This document shows, one piece after another, positions 1 through 8,577 of a stretch of DNA of 35,995 nucleotides. The position numbers were made by a program, and so were the translations under genes. Below the pieces are notes generated by a model. It was not told where the DNA came from. It saw nothing but the letters and a program-made list of their open reading frames with translations, and did no database searches. The first letter of the stretch is position 1, and each line of letters starts with the position of its first letter. Location: sequence record SRR33789315_19. One strand, given 5' to 3'.

Positions 1-771
1 CCCCAAATGACAAAAATAATCCAGTAGCTTTTGACAAATAGTTTGTCTTAATTTTCCTTGGGGGTAGATCCCCAGCCTTGCTTCAGGACTTTGTTTGGTG
101 CCTTGAACCAAAAAAGCGTTTTTTAAGAAGTGGTCTTGAATACTCGCCTCAAAGGCTCTGGCAACGAGCTCTTGGGGTTGTGCATAGTAAAAACAATTTA
201 GCTGTGTATCGGCTAATACACTGCGCTCAACGTATTCACTAGGTGAAGTATGGTCATCTGATAAAAAGATAGTGCTAAAACAGGCTTCTAATTTTGAATT
301 GAGTCTGTGTAGTTTAATTTCTCTATTTTTTAACCAAACCTCAGAAGCGAATTCATGTTTATGGCTTTTCACAAAAAGTTTGTTACAAATATAGTGGTCA
401 AAAGCATGCATCCATTCATGGGCTAAAGATCCACCTCCGGCATTTTTAGCCAAGGCTAAAGTACGTGAGTTGGACTCATAATGGGCGCTACTGTGTTTGC
501 GACCGCCGCTGCCAAAAGCAAGGGATAAGCTGCCATTTAGAGAAATGACTTGCTCTGGTACCCCAAGCATATCCATTAAGTCGCACAAGGCATCAAAAAA
601 CAGGTTAGCGGCAACTTGTTGTTCGTTTTTATCAACCCATTTACCAATGGTAACAGTCCGAAAACCGAACATTTTCACAATGTCATGAAAGCTCACATCA
701 GCACCATCCCGATGGGAGGGACCATTACGATAATAGGGCTTATGCAGTCGTGAAGTTACTGGAATAGTCAA
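1..771 (-). CDS. CLCA_X-family / LPD1-like zincin metalloprotein, 3'-truncated by the window edge (not in ORF track)
   Basis: Hand translation from TTG at 771: MTIPVTSRLHKPYYRNGPSHRDGADVSF...AKNAGGGSLAHEWMHAFDHY...YYAQPQELVARAFEA...GIYPQGKLRQ...DYFCHLG, open to base 1. Contains an HEXXH motif and starts 5 nt after the fldB stop. Confidence 0.85.
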   Translation of the reverse strand, partial: MTIPVTSRLHKPYYRNGPSHRDGADVSFHDIVKMFGFRTVTIGKWVDKNEQQVAANLFFDALCDLMDMLGVPEQVISLNGSLSLAFGSGGRKHSSAHYESNSRTLALAKNAGGGSLAHEWMHAFDHYICNKLFVKSHKHEFASEVWLKNREIKLHRLNSKLEACFSTIFLSDDHTSPSEYVERSVLADTQLNCFYYAQPQELVARAFEASIQDHFLKNAFLVQGTKQSPEARLGIYPQGKLRQTICQKLLDYFCHLG

Positions 772-776
772 GGGAC

Positions 777-1319
777 TTACAATTCTACAGATTCTTCGAT
801 AAGTTGTTGGCACCACTGTTCAATTCTTGCATCGCTTTGGTCATATTGATTCTCATCGTCTAAACACAAACCAACAAAATATTCATCGTCAGCGATTAAC
901 GCCTTTGATTGATTGAATTCATATCCTTCATTTGGCCAATATCCAATAAAATTACACGCCAATAAAGCGAGTTCATCATGTAACAATCCTAGTGCATCTT
1001 GAAACCAATCGGCATAGCCCATTTGATCACCTAGACCAAATAAAGCCACTGTTTTATCGCGCAAGTTGAGTAAATGAATATCATCCCAAGTCGATTCCCA
1101 GTCTTCTTGTAATTCGCCAAAATCCCAAGTGGAAATGCCAAAAATTAGCATATTAAACTGTTCCGTTTCCTTAAGGGAAACATCTTTAATATTAAACAAT
1201 TGCACTTGTCTTGGAGCAATAAGACCATTGAGCCTAGCTTGAATTTTTTCGGCGGCCATTTCGGTATAACAGGTGCTAGAACCATAAAATAAACCGATGT
1301 TGTTTGAAGCTATTGTCAT
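777..1319 (-). CDS. fldB: Long-chain flavodoxin (flavodoxin 2)
   Basis: [33 protein letters not shown] and [10 protein letters not shown] are typical of FldB. Confidence 0.93.
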   Translation of the reverse strand: MTIASNNIGLFYGSSTCYTEMAAEKIQARLNGLIAPRQVQLFNIKDVSLKETEQFNMLIFGISTWDFGELQEDWESTWDDIHLLNLRDKTVALFGLGDQMGYADWFQDALGLLHDELALLACNFIGYWPNEGYEFNQSKALIADDEYFVGLCLDDENQYDQSDARIEQWCQQLIEESVEL

Positions 1320-1567
1320 TAATAAATACTTTTAGTCAGTTACTTGAATAGGTAAATGTCAATATGATGAGATATTATCACTCATCACACACCTAACCAA
1401 ATGAAACCATGGGCTATAACTAACCTCATATGAGTTAGCAACCAAACGGCCTTGGCACAAAAGTTTACACTTTATGTAAAGTAAGTTGACATTTATACTG
1501 CTTTTTCTGACATTAAACTATTTGGTCTGACTTAATCACCTAAGGCTTTTTAGCCGATACAAACGGA

Positions 1568-2701
1568 ATGAATATGAAATCAATACTTGCAGCATGGATG
1601 GGCTTGGCCCTACTGACATCTTGCTCACAACCAGCAGTCAAAACGGCCGTCACCAAGGAGCAAAATCAACTTGCAGTTTATGGGCGTTGGATTACTGAAC
1701 CAGACGGTACGGTTATGCTCGACCCTCAGCCCTCCGGTTTAATTCATTGGCGAGATAAGTTGGTTACCTTAAGTGATAGAAGTGCTATACCCATACAGCG
1801 ATTGCGCTTACGTCCAATTGATCCTCAAACTGCCGCACTGGTCGATAACGGCTTCAAGATGGTTTTATCAGCTTCCGTTGCGCAGGGGTGTTTTGGTCCT
1901 TACGTTGGCAACAATCCAGATTTAGAATCTTTGGTGGGAGACCCTGATGACGATCGAGTATTTTACATTATCACCGAAGATGGCAGTGACGCAGAGCCTA
2001 TGCCGGAAAGTTGTAAAATAAAATACCAAAATACAGGGTCAACTGACTATCCGAATTTACTGGTTCGACTTGAGCTTCGAGCCGACCAGACGGTAGAAAT
2101 GACACATATTCGCCCTCTGCAGTATGCATCCGAGTTTCAGGTTGGGAATTCCCCTAATGATGGTATTGAGGCCATGGCTTTTGGGGCGAATCGTACTCTT
2201 TATCTTGGTTTAGAAAAGGACAGTAAAAAGCAAGCAAGAATCTTTTCGTTAAACATGACAGCAGATTTCTGGCAAAGGGATGATTTTGCCCCAGTAAGTG
2301 AGCCCTCACTCAAGCTACCCACTTTTTCAAGGGGTAATCACCCTATTAATGGCATGGATTATTACCAAACATCAACGGGGGAGGACTTTTTGATTGCCGC
2401 CGCACGGAACGATAGTAGCTTATGGATTATTGATTTGAGTGGTAACAAAGACACGAAAATATTGCCCATGGAATTTTATGCTCAGTTAAATACTTCGACG
2501 GATAATTGTCAGGACTGGGAGAAAATGGATAATGCTTCAATTGAAGGTGTTGCCGTGGTGAAAGAGACCTTATGGATGGTCAATGATCCTTGGAAAGAAG
2601 TGTATCCGAGAAATATTATTTGTGCACAAAACAAGAGTAATTACCAAAATTACTCTCCATTATTGTTCAGCGTAGCAATTCAAACGGAGTGGTTTCAATA
2701 G
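1568..2701 (+). CDS. Putative beta-propeller lipoprotein (phytase-like/SdiA-regulated-like), function unknown
   Basis: Lipobox LTSC. Recurrent blade-like motifs QPSGL, DLESLV, GIEAMA, PINGMD, SIEGVA. Four further Cys residues. Confidence 0.6.
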   Translation: MNMKSILAAWMGLALLTSCSQPAVKTAVTKEQNQLAVYGRWITEPDGTVMLDPQPSGLIHWRDKLVTLSDRSAIPIQRLRLRPIDPQTAALVDNGFKMVLSASVAQGCFGPYVGNNPDLESLVGDPDDDRVFYIITEDGSDAEPMPESCKIKYQNTGSTDYPNLLVRLELRADQTVEMTHIRPLQYASEFQVGNSPNDGIEAMAFGANRTLYLGLEKDSKKQARIFSLNMTADFWQRDDFAPVSEPSLKLPTFSRGNHPINGMDYYQTSTGEDFLIAAARNDSSLWIIDLSGNKDTKILPMEFYAQLNTSTDNCQDWEKMDNASIEGVAVVKETLWMVNDPWKEVYPRNIICAQNKSNYQNYSPLLFSVAIQTEWFQ

Positions 2702-2718
2702 CTATCAAAGAGGTTTGA

Positions 2719-2746
2719 TGCACACTCTAAAATAATCGAGTGTGCA
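2719..2746. terminator. Hairpin between convergent genes (probable bidirectional terminator)
   Basis: TGCACACTC-N10-GAGTGTGCA. Confidence 0.6.
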
Positions 2747-2757
2747 ATGATTGTGTT

Positions 2758-3300
2758 TTATTCTGACTTTAATAGTTCCGCAAATTTCTTTTTGAATTTG
2801 GCTAATTTGGGGGCAACAACCATACTGCAGTATTGATTTTGAGGATTATTCTTAAAGTAATCTTGATGGTAGTCTTCTGCTTGATAGTAGTTATTTAAAG
2901 CGGTTATTTCGGTTACCACTGGATTTGACCAAATTTCTTCTAGTTCAATTTCATCAACAATCTGTTCCGCGATTTTTTTTTGTTCACTATCATGGTAGAA
3001 AATTTCGCTGCGGTATTGTGTACCTACATCGTTACCCTGACGATTCAGTTGGGTTGGATTATGTAAGGCAAAAAATACTTCTAACACATCTCGATAGGAA
3101 ATCTGCTCGCTATCGAAGTTAACTCTTACTACCTCTGCATGACCTGTTGTACCCTCGCAGACTTGCTCATAAGTAGGGTCTTGAAACTGTCCCCCAGCAT
3201 AGCCAGAAACCGCAGAAACAACTCCCTTAATACTGTTAAATGCAGATTCAATACACCAAAAACAGCCGCCTGCTAATGTCGCTTGTTGAATATTTGCCAA
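2758..3300 (-). CDS. msrA: Peptide methionine sulfoxide reductase MsrA
   Basis: GGCFWC active site, GHAEVV, QYRS, AEDYHQDYF. TTG start after GGAGAA RBS. Confidence 0.97.
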   Translation of the reverse strand: MANIQQATLAGGCFWCIESAFNSIKGVVSAVSGYAGGQFQDPTYEQVCEGTTGHAEVVRVNFDSEQISYRDVLEVFFALHNPTQLNRQGNDVGTQYRSEIFYHDSEQKKIAEQIVDEIELEEIWSNPVVTEITALNNYYQAEDYHQDYFKNNPQNQYCSMVVAPKLAKFKKKFAELLKSE

Positions 3301-3418
3301 AATGTTTTCTCCAAAAAAACTGAGCTTGCATCAATATTATCGCTTTTACAAAGTTTCAAGGCTACTTGAAATAAAAAATAAATTTAGTTGGCAAGGACTC
3401 AGATGTATTTTTATCTTC

Positions 3419-3446
3419 TAATCCAAATGTCAGTCTAAGCAGTACA
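3419..3446 (+). promoter_or_regulatory. Candidate RpoE/ChrR-type (ECF11) promoter
   Basis: TAATCC-N16-AGTACA versus consensus TGATCC-N16-CGTA, one mismatch per box, 35 nt upstream of the DUF393 start. Confidence 0.4.
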
Positions 3447-3481
3447 ACAACATAGCCAAATTAAAAGGTTCAAATAACCCT

Positions 3482-3892
3482 ATGAGTACAAAATTAACTT
3501 TGTTTTATGATGGATACTGCCCTCTTTGTTTGGCAGAAATGAATAAACTACAGCATTATGATAAAAACAAAGCAATAGCATTTGTTGATATACAGTCGCC
3601 AGATTTTGCTTTGAATTTTCCACAGCTTCGCTGGCAAGAACTTAATGATCGCATTCATGGGGAGTTACCGGATGGCCGTTTGATTAGTGGTTTAGATGTC
3701 ACTTATTTGGCTTGGAACTTAGTGGGTAAGGGCTGGGTTTACGCGCCGTTAAGATGGCCTTTGGTGGCTTGGTTTGCTGACCATTTTTACTCATTTTTCG
3801 CGCGTAATCGTTATCGGATTTCTTACTTATTAACCGGTAAAAAACGTTTGACTGAAAGTGAGCGTTGCGAATCGTGTAACTTAAAAAGGTAA
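3482..3892 (+). CDS. DCC1-like thiol-disulfide oxidoreductase (DUF393)
   Basis: LFYDGYCPLC (DxxCxxC), and FARNRYRIS near the C-terminus. Confidence 0.9.
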   Translation: MSTKLTLFYDGYCPLCLAEMNKLQHYDKNKAIAFVDIQSPDFALNFPQLRWQELNDRIHGELPDGRLISGLDVTYLAWNLVGKGWVYAPLRWPLVAWFADHFYSFFARNRYRISYLLTGKKRLTESERCESCNLKR

Positions 3893-3898
3893 TCGTCG

Positions 3899-4642
3899 AT
3901 GTCAAATATCACCCGAGCGTTAGTCATCGGTGCGTCTGGCAGTATAGGCGACGCTATCGTTAAGCAACTGACGCTAAGTACTAATTACGGTGAAGTTATT
4001 GCGGTGTCTCGACAATTACCTACGTCACCCATCAAAGGTGCAAATTATCATTTGGTTGATAGCGATAATGAGGGCGCTATAGCCGATTTCTGTCTGCGAG
4101 TTAGGCAAAAAAATATTCCATTTTCGCTCATTATATGTTGTGTTGGGGCCTTACATGGCACCTTAGATACGGGGCAGCAAATAAGGCCAGAAAAACGCTT
4201 GGAAGATATGAGCGCTGAGAATCTAGAGTTCTATTTTCATCTGAACACCGTTATTCCTGCTCTTTGGCTTAAACATGTCGAGCCTTTACTGAAAGGAAAT
4301 CACCCTGCAACATTAGTATTTTTAAGCGCCAGAGTGGGGAGTATAAGTGATAATAAACTTGGAGGCTGGTATGGTTACCGCGCGGCTAAAGCTGCCTTGA
4401 ATATGCTAATTAAAACAGCCCAAATCGAATTTCAACGTCGAGCTAAAAATGTGTGTTTGGTCAGCTATCATCCGGGGACTGTGGATAGCAAGTTATCTAA
4501 ACCTTTTCAACATAATGTAAAACCTGAAAAATTGTTTACTGCTGACTTCACTGCCCAGCAATTGTTGGCCCAATTAGATAACTTTAGTGCTGCTGATGGC
4601 CCGTATTTTATCGACTGGAATACAAAATTGATTCCTTGGTAA
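3899..4642 (+). CDS. Short-chain dehydrogenase, C-factor (CsgA)-like
   Basis: GASGSIG, PEK, SARVGSISDNKLGGWYGYRAAKAALN (YxxxK), HPGTVDS. Confidence 0.92.
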   Translation: MSNITRALVIGASGSIGDAIVKQLTLSTNYGEVIAVSRQLPTSPIKGANYHLVDSDNEGAIADFCLRVRQKNIPFSLIICCVGALHGTLDTGQQIRPEKRLEDMSAENLEFYFHLNTVIPALWLKHVEPLLKGNHPATLVFLSARVGSISDNKLGGWYGYRAAKAALNMLIKTAQIEFQRRAKNVCLVSYHPGTVDSKLSKPFQHNVKPEKLFTADFTAQQLLAQLDNFSAADGPYFIDWNTKLIPW

Positions 4643-4747
4643 ACACTTTTATAGCAATTTTTCTCCCGCGGTAAACTCACAAAAGACTTTTTTAAAGTCT
4701 GCTGTTAACATCAGCATCTAATTATAAAAATAATGCAGGAAAGTTTT

Positions 4748-6169
4748 ATGGCAGCGGCTCGCGAACAGTTTGGTTCTCGTATCGGTTTTATTATGGCAGC
4801 GGCGGGCTCGGCTGTTGGTATTGGTAATTTGGTTGGTTTTCCTGTTGGGGCGGCTAAAAATGGCGGAGGTGCATTTTTAGTCATGTACGCCTTGTTTGTG
4901 TTTTTTATCTGTTTACCCGTGATGATTGCTGAAATGACAACAGGTCGCGGTAGCCAAAAGGATCCTCTGGGCGCCTACACCAAGTTGTCTGATTCAAATG
5001 CGGGTTGGCGTTTTGCAGGTTGGTTATCGATTATTACCCCTTTTATGATAGCTGTGTTTTATTTGGTGATTACAGTTTGGATATTTGGTTACTTATTTGA
5101 ATCCGTGATAGGGAATTTAGATGTTTTAGCACAACCTGAAACCTTCGGTGCTTTTATTTCAAGCAACAGTCTTTTTGGTTATATGGCAGGGGTGTTGGCG
5201 ATAGTGTATTTAATTCTGCAAGGTGGAGTAAAAGAGGGGATTGAAAAAGCCGCTAAAATACTAATGCCAGCGCTATTTTTTATGCTGTTGTTGCTTGTCG
5301 CTTTTGTATTGACTCGTGACAATGCCTTTGCTGGAGTTGAGTATTATCTTATACCTGATATTGAAAAGATTAATGCCAGTGTTGTGAATGGTGCCTTATC
5401 TCAAGCATTTTTCTCTCTATCTCTGGGTATGGGAATTATGATTACTTACGGCAGTTATATTGATAAACGAGCAAACTTACCTTCATCTGCCAAACTTGTG
5501 GCGCTTACTGATACTGCCGTTGCATTCGCGGCTGGTCTGATGATTTTGCCGGCTATTTTCTCATTCAATCCTGATGTTAACCCTAGTGAGTTGAGTGAAT
5601 CATCCATTTCTATGATCTTTTCCTATTTGCCGCAAATATTTTTAGAAATGCAAAATTCCTTAGGCTATGTTGGCGCAAGTGCGATAGCGAGCTTTTTCTT
5701 TTTATTGGTATTTTTTGCCGCGATAACCTCTCTCGTTTCGATTTTTGAAGTACCGGTGTCTGCCTTGATGAGTGAAAAAGACTTCACCCGTAGGAATTCC
5801 TTGGTGTTGTGCGGGGTGTTATTGATCATCTTTTCATTAATGTGCGCATTTTCATTTGGTTTTTTCGATTTCTTCACCCGCTTTACGCATTATGCTGGGG
5901 CAGATAAATCCTTCTTTGACTTAGTCTACGACGTTTTTTATGACACTATTTTGCCTTTGAATGGGCTTTTAATTTGTTTATTTGTGCGCTACCGCTGGAA
6001 GAAAAAAGCATTTAATGAAGAATTAGAACAAGGCGCGCCGAGTTTCAAAGGTAGTTTTTTAGAACGTTATATCAGTTTTTCGTTAGGCACTTTTATTCCT
6101 TTAATTTTAGCTATTATCTTTGCTAATACCGTGGCCTTGAAATATTTTGGAACCGCATTAATTGGTTAA
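4748..6169 (+). CDS. Sodium-dependent transporter, NSS/SNF family
   Basis: REQFGSRIGFIMAAAGSAVGIGNL, NGGGAF, QAFFSLSLGMG. Multiple TM helices. Start is probably 4748 (ORF track gives 4733). Confidence 0.93.
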   Translation: MAAAREQFGSRIGFIMAAAGSAVGIGNLVGFPVGAAKNGGGAFLVMYALFVFFICLPVMIAEMTTGRGSQKDPLGAYTKLSDSNAGWRFAGWLSIITPFMIAVFYLVITVWIFGYLFESVIGNLDVLAQPETFGAFISSNSLFGYMAGVLAIVYLILQGGVKEGIEKAAKILMPALFFMLLLLVAFVLTRDNAFAGVEYYLIPDIEKINASVVNGALSQAFFSLSLGMGIMITYGSYIDKRANLPSSAKLVALTDTAVAFAAGLMILPAIFSFNPDVNPSELSESSISMIFSYLPQIFLEMQNSLGYVGASAIASFFFLLVFFAAITSLVSIFEVPVSALMSEKDFTRRNSLVLCGVLLIIFSLMCAFSFGFFDFFTRFTHYAGADKSFFDLVYDVFYDTILPLNGLLICLFVRYRWKKKAFNEELEQGAPSFKGSFLERYISFSLGTFIPLILAIIFANTVALKYFGTALIG

Positions 6170-6216
6170 TATCAGCTTGGGGTGATTCTTTAACGTTTAG
6201 TCAGTAGTTAGTTGGT

Positions 6217-6243
6217 AAAAAACCAGACTCAGTCTGGTTTTTT
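6217..6243. terminator. Bidirectional rho-independent terminator
   Basis: AAAAAACCAGACT-C-AGTCTGGTTTTTT between convergent genes. Confidence 0.85.
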
Positions 6244-7058
6244 CATTCCAACATATCAAAAGGGTTAGGATATGCCAGTTCGATGTTAAGTTGCTTGCAG
6301 GTCCAATAGGCATTAATCACTTTTCCATCCTTACTGCTTGAAGTATGGTCAAACAGTGGTGGGATCAGTCCTAATTTTTTACAAGTGTTGGTGTAATAAT
6401 CTACTCTAGTAGGATGTTCATAAGCACTAAGATGCAAGATTTGCGTAAATTTAGGCTGTTTTATGATGGCTTTAATCGCGGTAATGACATCGCTTTGATG
6501 GACTAAATTAACCCGCTGTAAAGGGTTATCAAGGTCAGTTTTGCCAGCTAAATAGTGAGCGGGGTGACGATTATGCCCAACCAAGCCAGCTAAACGCAAA
6601 ATACAGGCATTGTCACCAAAAATGGCAAGTGCACGTTGCTCTAATGTGACATGAGCGATAGCTGAGGGGGTTAATGGGGCTACCGCTGTCTGCTCATTAA
6701 TTTCCCCTTCTAATTCGCCGTAAACTGCTGTGGTACTAATAAAAAGTAGTTTTTTTACTGAGGTCAATTTTGCTTGTTCGATGAGTTTAGTCATCTGGTC
6801 AGTATAAAAATCGGCCTTAATTTTACGTCCGCCGGGTGGGATATTGAGGATCAACAATTCTGACTGTAAAACCGAAGACATTGTCTCAGAACTTAAACTG
6901 TCGCCCAATTGGTAAATTTTAGTGCTTATACCCAATTGATTTAATTGTTGTTGTTTTAATTCAGAGCGGCTGGTGGCGAGTATTGTATGCCCTTCGTTCA
7001 GAAGCGACATTGCTAAGGGCTGGCCTAGCCAGCCGCATCCAACAATAGATATTTGCAT
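6243..7058 (-). CDS. Atypical SDR / NAD-dependent epimerase, YeeZ-like
   Basis: ISIVGCGWLG, FISTTAVYG, LRLAGLVG, VNLVHQSDV. Confidence 0.85.
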   Translation of the reverse strand: MQISIVGCGWLGQPLAMSLLNEGHTILATSRSELKQQQLNQLGISTKIYQLGDSLSSETMSSVLQSELLILNIPPGGRKIKADFYTDQMTKLIEQAKLTSVKKLLFISTTAVYGELEGEINEQTAVAPLTPSAIAHVTLEQRALAIFGDNACILRLAGLVGHNRHPAHYLAGKTDLDNPLQRVNLVHQSDVITAIKAIIKQPKFTQILHLSAYEHPTRVDYYTNTCKKLGLIPPLFDHTSSSKDGKVINAYWTCKQLNIELAYPNPFDMLE

Positions 7059-7093
7059 AAAGTAATTTTAACGAAAATCAAAAACTAACTTTA

Positions 7094-7876
7094 TCACATC
7101 GCTTGGTTATTTTCCTCAATATGCAAAATGTTCAAATCTGCAAGTTGAGGAATGGCTCGTTGCAGGTCTGTTTCGACCCTATCAACCTCAATTAAGCTGC
7201 GGCACAAACTATTAGCGCGAGCCTCAAGCGCTGCACTCTGATGCTCTACTCTTTGTTCTATATCTTGTCCAAAACGCTCCATTTTTGTGGTAAAGGCATC
7301 CATATCGCCGTTGCTGAATAATAGTTCTGTGCCGATTGAAATCATTAGATGACCGATAGAATTAGAAACTAACTCTTCAATTGCGTCTTCAAATTCATTT
7401 TCCCAATGCTGACTAACGAAGTCACCGTTATTAAAGTCACCAGAATAAAATCTTATTTTGCCATTGTTATCGTAAAAATTACTGCTAATTTTTTTACTTA
7501 AATCGTCCAATTTATCACTGACTTTATCAATCGCAGCGTTATCTGAGCCAAGAAGCTCAGTAAAAACTTCGTTAACCGCTACGGCAGCGAGCTTCATTGC
7601 ATCTGATGCAATTGCTGCTGCTTGGGGAGCTGCAGCATATATACCTGCATAATATGACGATACAAGTTTTTGTTGTGCAGATGACAATACTATTATTTTT
7701 CCATTTACTAGGAGTTCATTAGCTTGATTAATGACTAGGTGATTATGGTTTTGGGTGTTGATGGTAATTGTTTGGTTTTCTATTTTTAGATCCCCTTCAA
7801 AACTAATATCACATTCATTTGCCCAAACTGAGCTGCTTCCAAGAATGAGTAAACCGACAAGTAGTAAAGCACGCAT
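7094..7876 (-). CDS. YggN/DUF2884-family secreted protein
   Basis: Signal peptide (VWA/NEC), N-terminal Cys and C-terminal LC, QQKLVSSY, helical C-terminal part ending AIPQL. ATG at 7876 follows GGAGAA. Confidence 0.75.
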   Translation of the reverse strand: MRALLLVGLLILGSSSVWANECDISFEGDLKIENQTITINTQNHNHLVINQANELLVNGKIIVLSSAQQKLVSSYYAGIYAAAPQAAAIASDAMKLAAVAVNEVFTELLGSDNAAIDKVSDKLDDLSKKISSNFYDNNGKIRFYSGDFNNGDFVSQHWENEFEDAIEELVSNSIGHLMISIGTELLFSNGDMDAFTTKMERFGQDIEQRVEHQSAALEARANSLCRSLIEVDRVETDLQRAIPQLADLNILHIEENNQAM

Positions 7877-7919
7877 AATATTCTCCAATTAAATTAACTG
7901 CTGCTGTTTAATAAGGTAG

Positions 7920-7936
7920 AGCAAACACTAAGCCAA
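7920..7936 (-). promoter_or_regulatory. Sigma54 -24/-12 promoter of the yggN-like gene
   Basis: Minus strand reads TTGGCTTAGTGTTTGCT, with correct GG-N10-GC spacing. Confidence 0.75.
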
Positions 7937-8008
7937 CTTATAAAATCTATTAATAACAATTAGTTATGTATTTTTTAGTGCTGAAGCAATATTTAGAGAA
8001 ATTAATAA

Positions 8009-8043
8009 TAGTCAAAATGACTAACAAATTGTGTTTTAGACTA
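8009..8043. promoter_or_regulatory. Tandem PspF-like UAS palindromes
   Basis: TAGTCAAAATGACTA (8009-8023) and a weaker TTGTGTTTTAGACTA (8029-8043). IHF-like TAACAATTAGTTA at 7954-7966. Confidence 0.65.
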
Positions 8044-8169
8044 TCGAGGAATTAGCAAAATTAAGATCTAATAAAATTTATTTTTATCGTTCAAAAACTT
8101 TTCATCCTGGGCTTAGATCGCTTACAATCTATTTCGATTAGTACCTTAAACATCAACAGGAAAAATGTA

Positions 8170-8367
8170 ATGAGTAATTGGCTAGAACCGTTTATTTTTT
8201 TTATGGGCTTAATTGCTCTTGTTATGGGTTTAAGTAGCATCATTATGGGTCTATTGCCTCAACCTGCGGGTCAGAGCGCGATGAAAGCCAAAATTGAATA
8301 TAGTTTTTTTGGGGTAGCGGGTTTAGTGGTTTTTGTTGTGTTGTGGTATGCACTAGCCACTGTTTAA
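8170..8367 (+). CDS. Small two-TM membrane protein, unknown function
   Basis: 65 aa, two hydrophobic helices, CAGGA RBS. Followed by hairpin AATCTGAG...CTCAGATT (8387-8422). Confidence 0.75.
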   Translation: MSNWLEPFIFFMGLIALVMGLSSIIMGLLPQPAGQSAMKAKIEYSFFGVAGLVVFVVLWYALATV

Positions 8368-8577
8368 GTTACTTTTTTGTTAATTAAATCTGAGTGGGAT
8401 TGTCCTAAACTCTGCTCAGATTGCTAAGTTTTACAGATATGATGGCAGGCTAATCTCCCTCAATTAATCCCCTTTCATCCTCTTCGTTAAGTCATTTCTA
8501 ATCTTTCTAAACGCATATTTAATTGCATAATTGCGCCGAAACGCCATAGTAGACATATAGTCGTAGAGGATTTTTCA

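Noticed and set aside
1452-1468. Sigma54-like TTGGCACAAAAGTTTAC upstream of the lipoprotein
   Set aside because: The -12 element lacks the conserved G(C/T), and there is no UAS pair upstream.
1553-1560. GCCGATAC (sigma28 -10-like) before the lipoprotein
   Set aside because: No TAAA at 15-nt spacing, and too close to the start codon.
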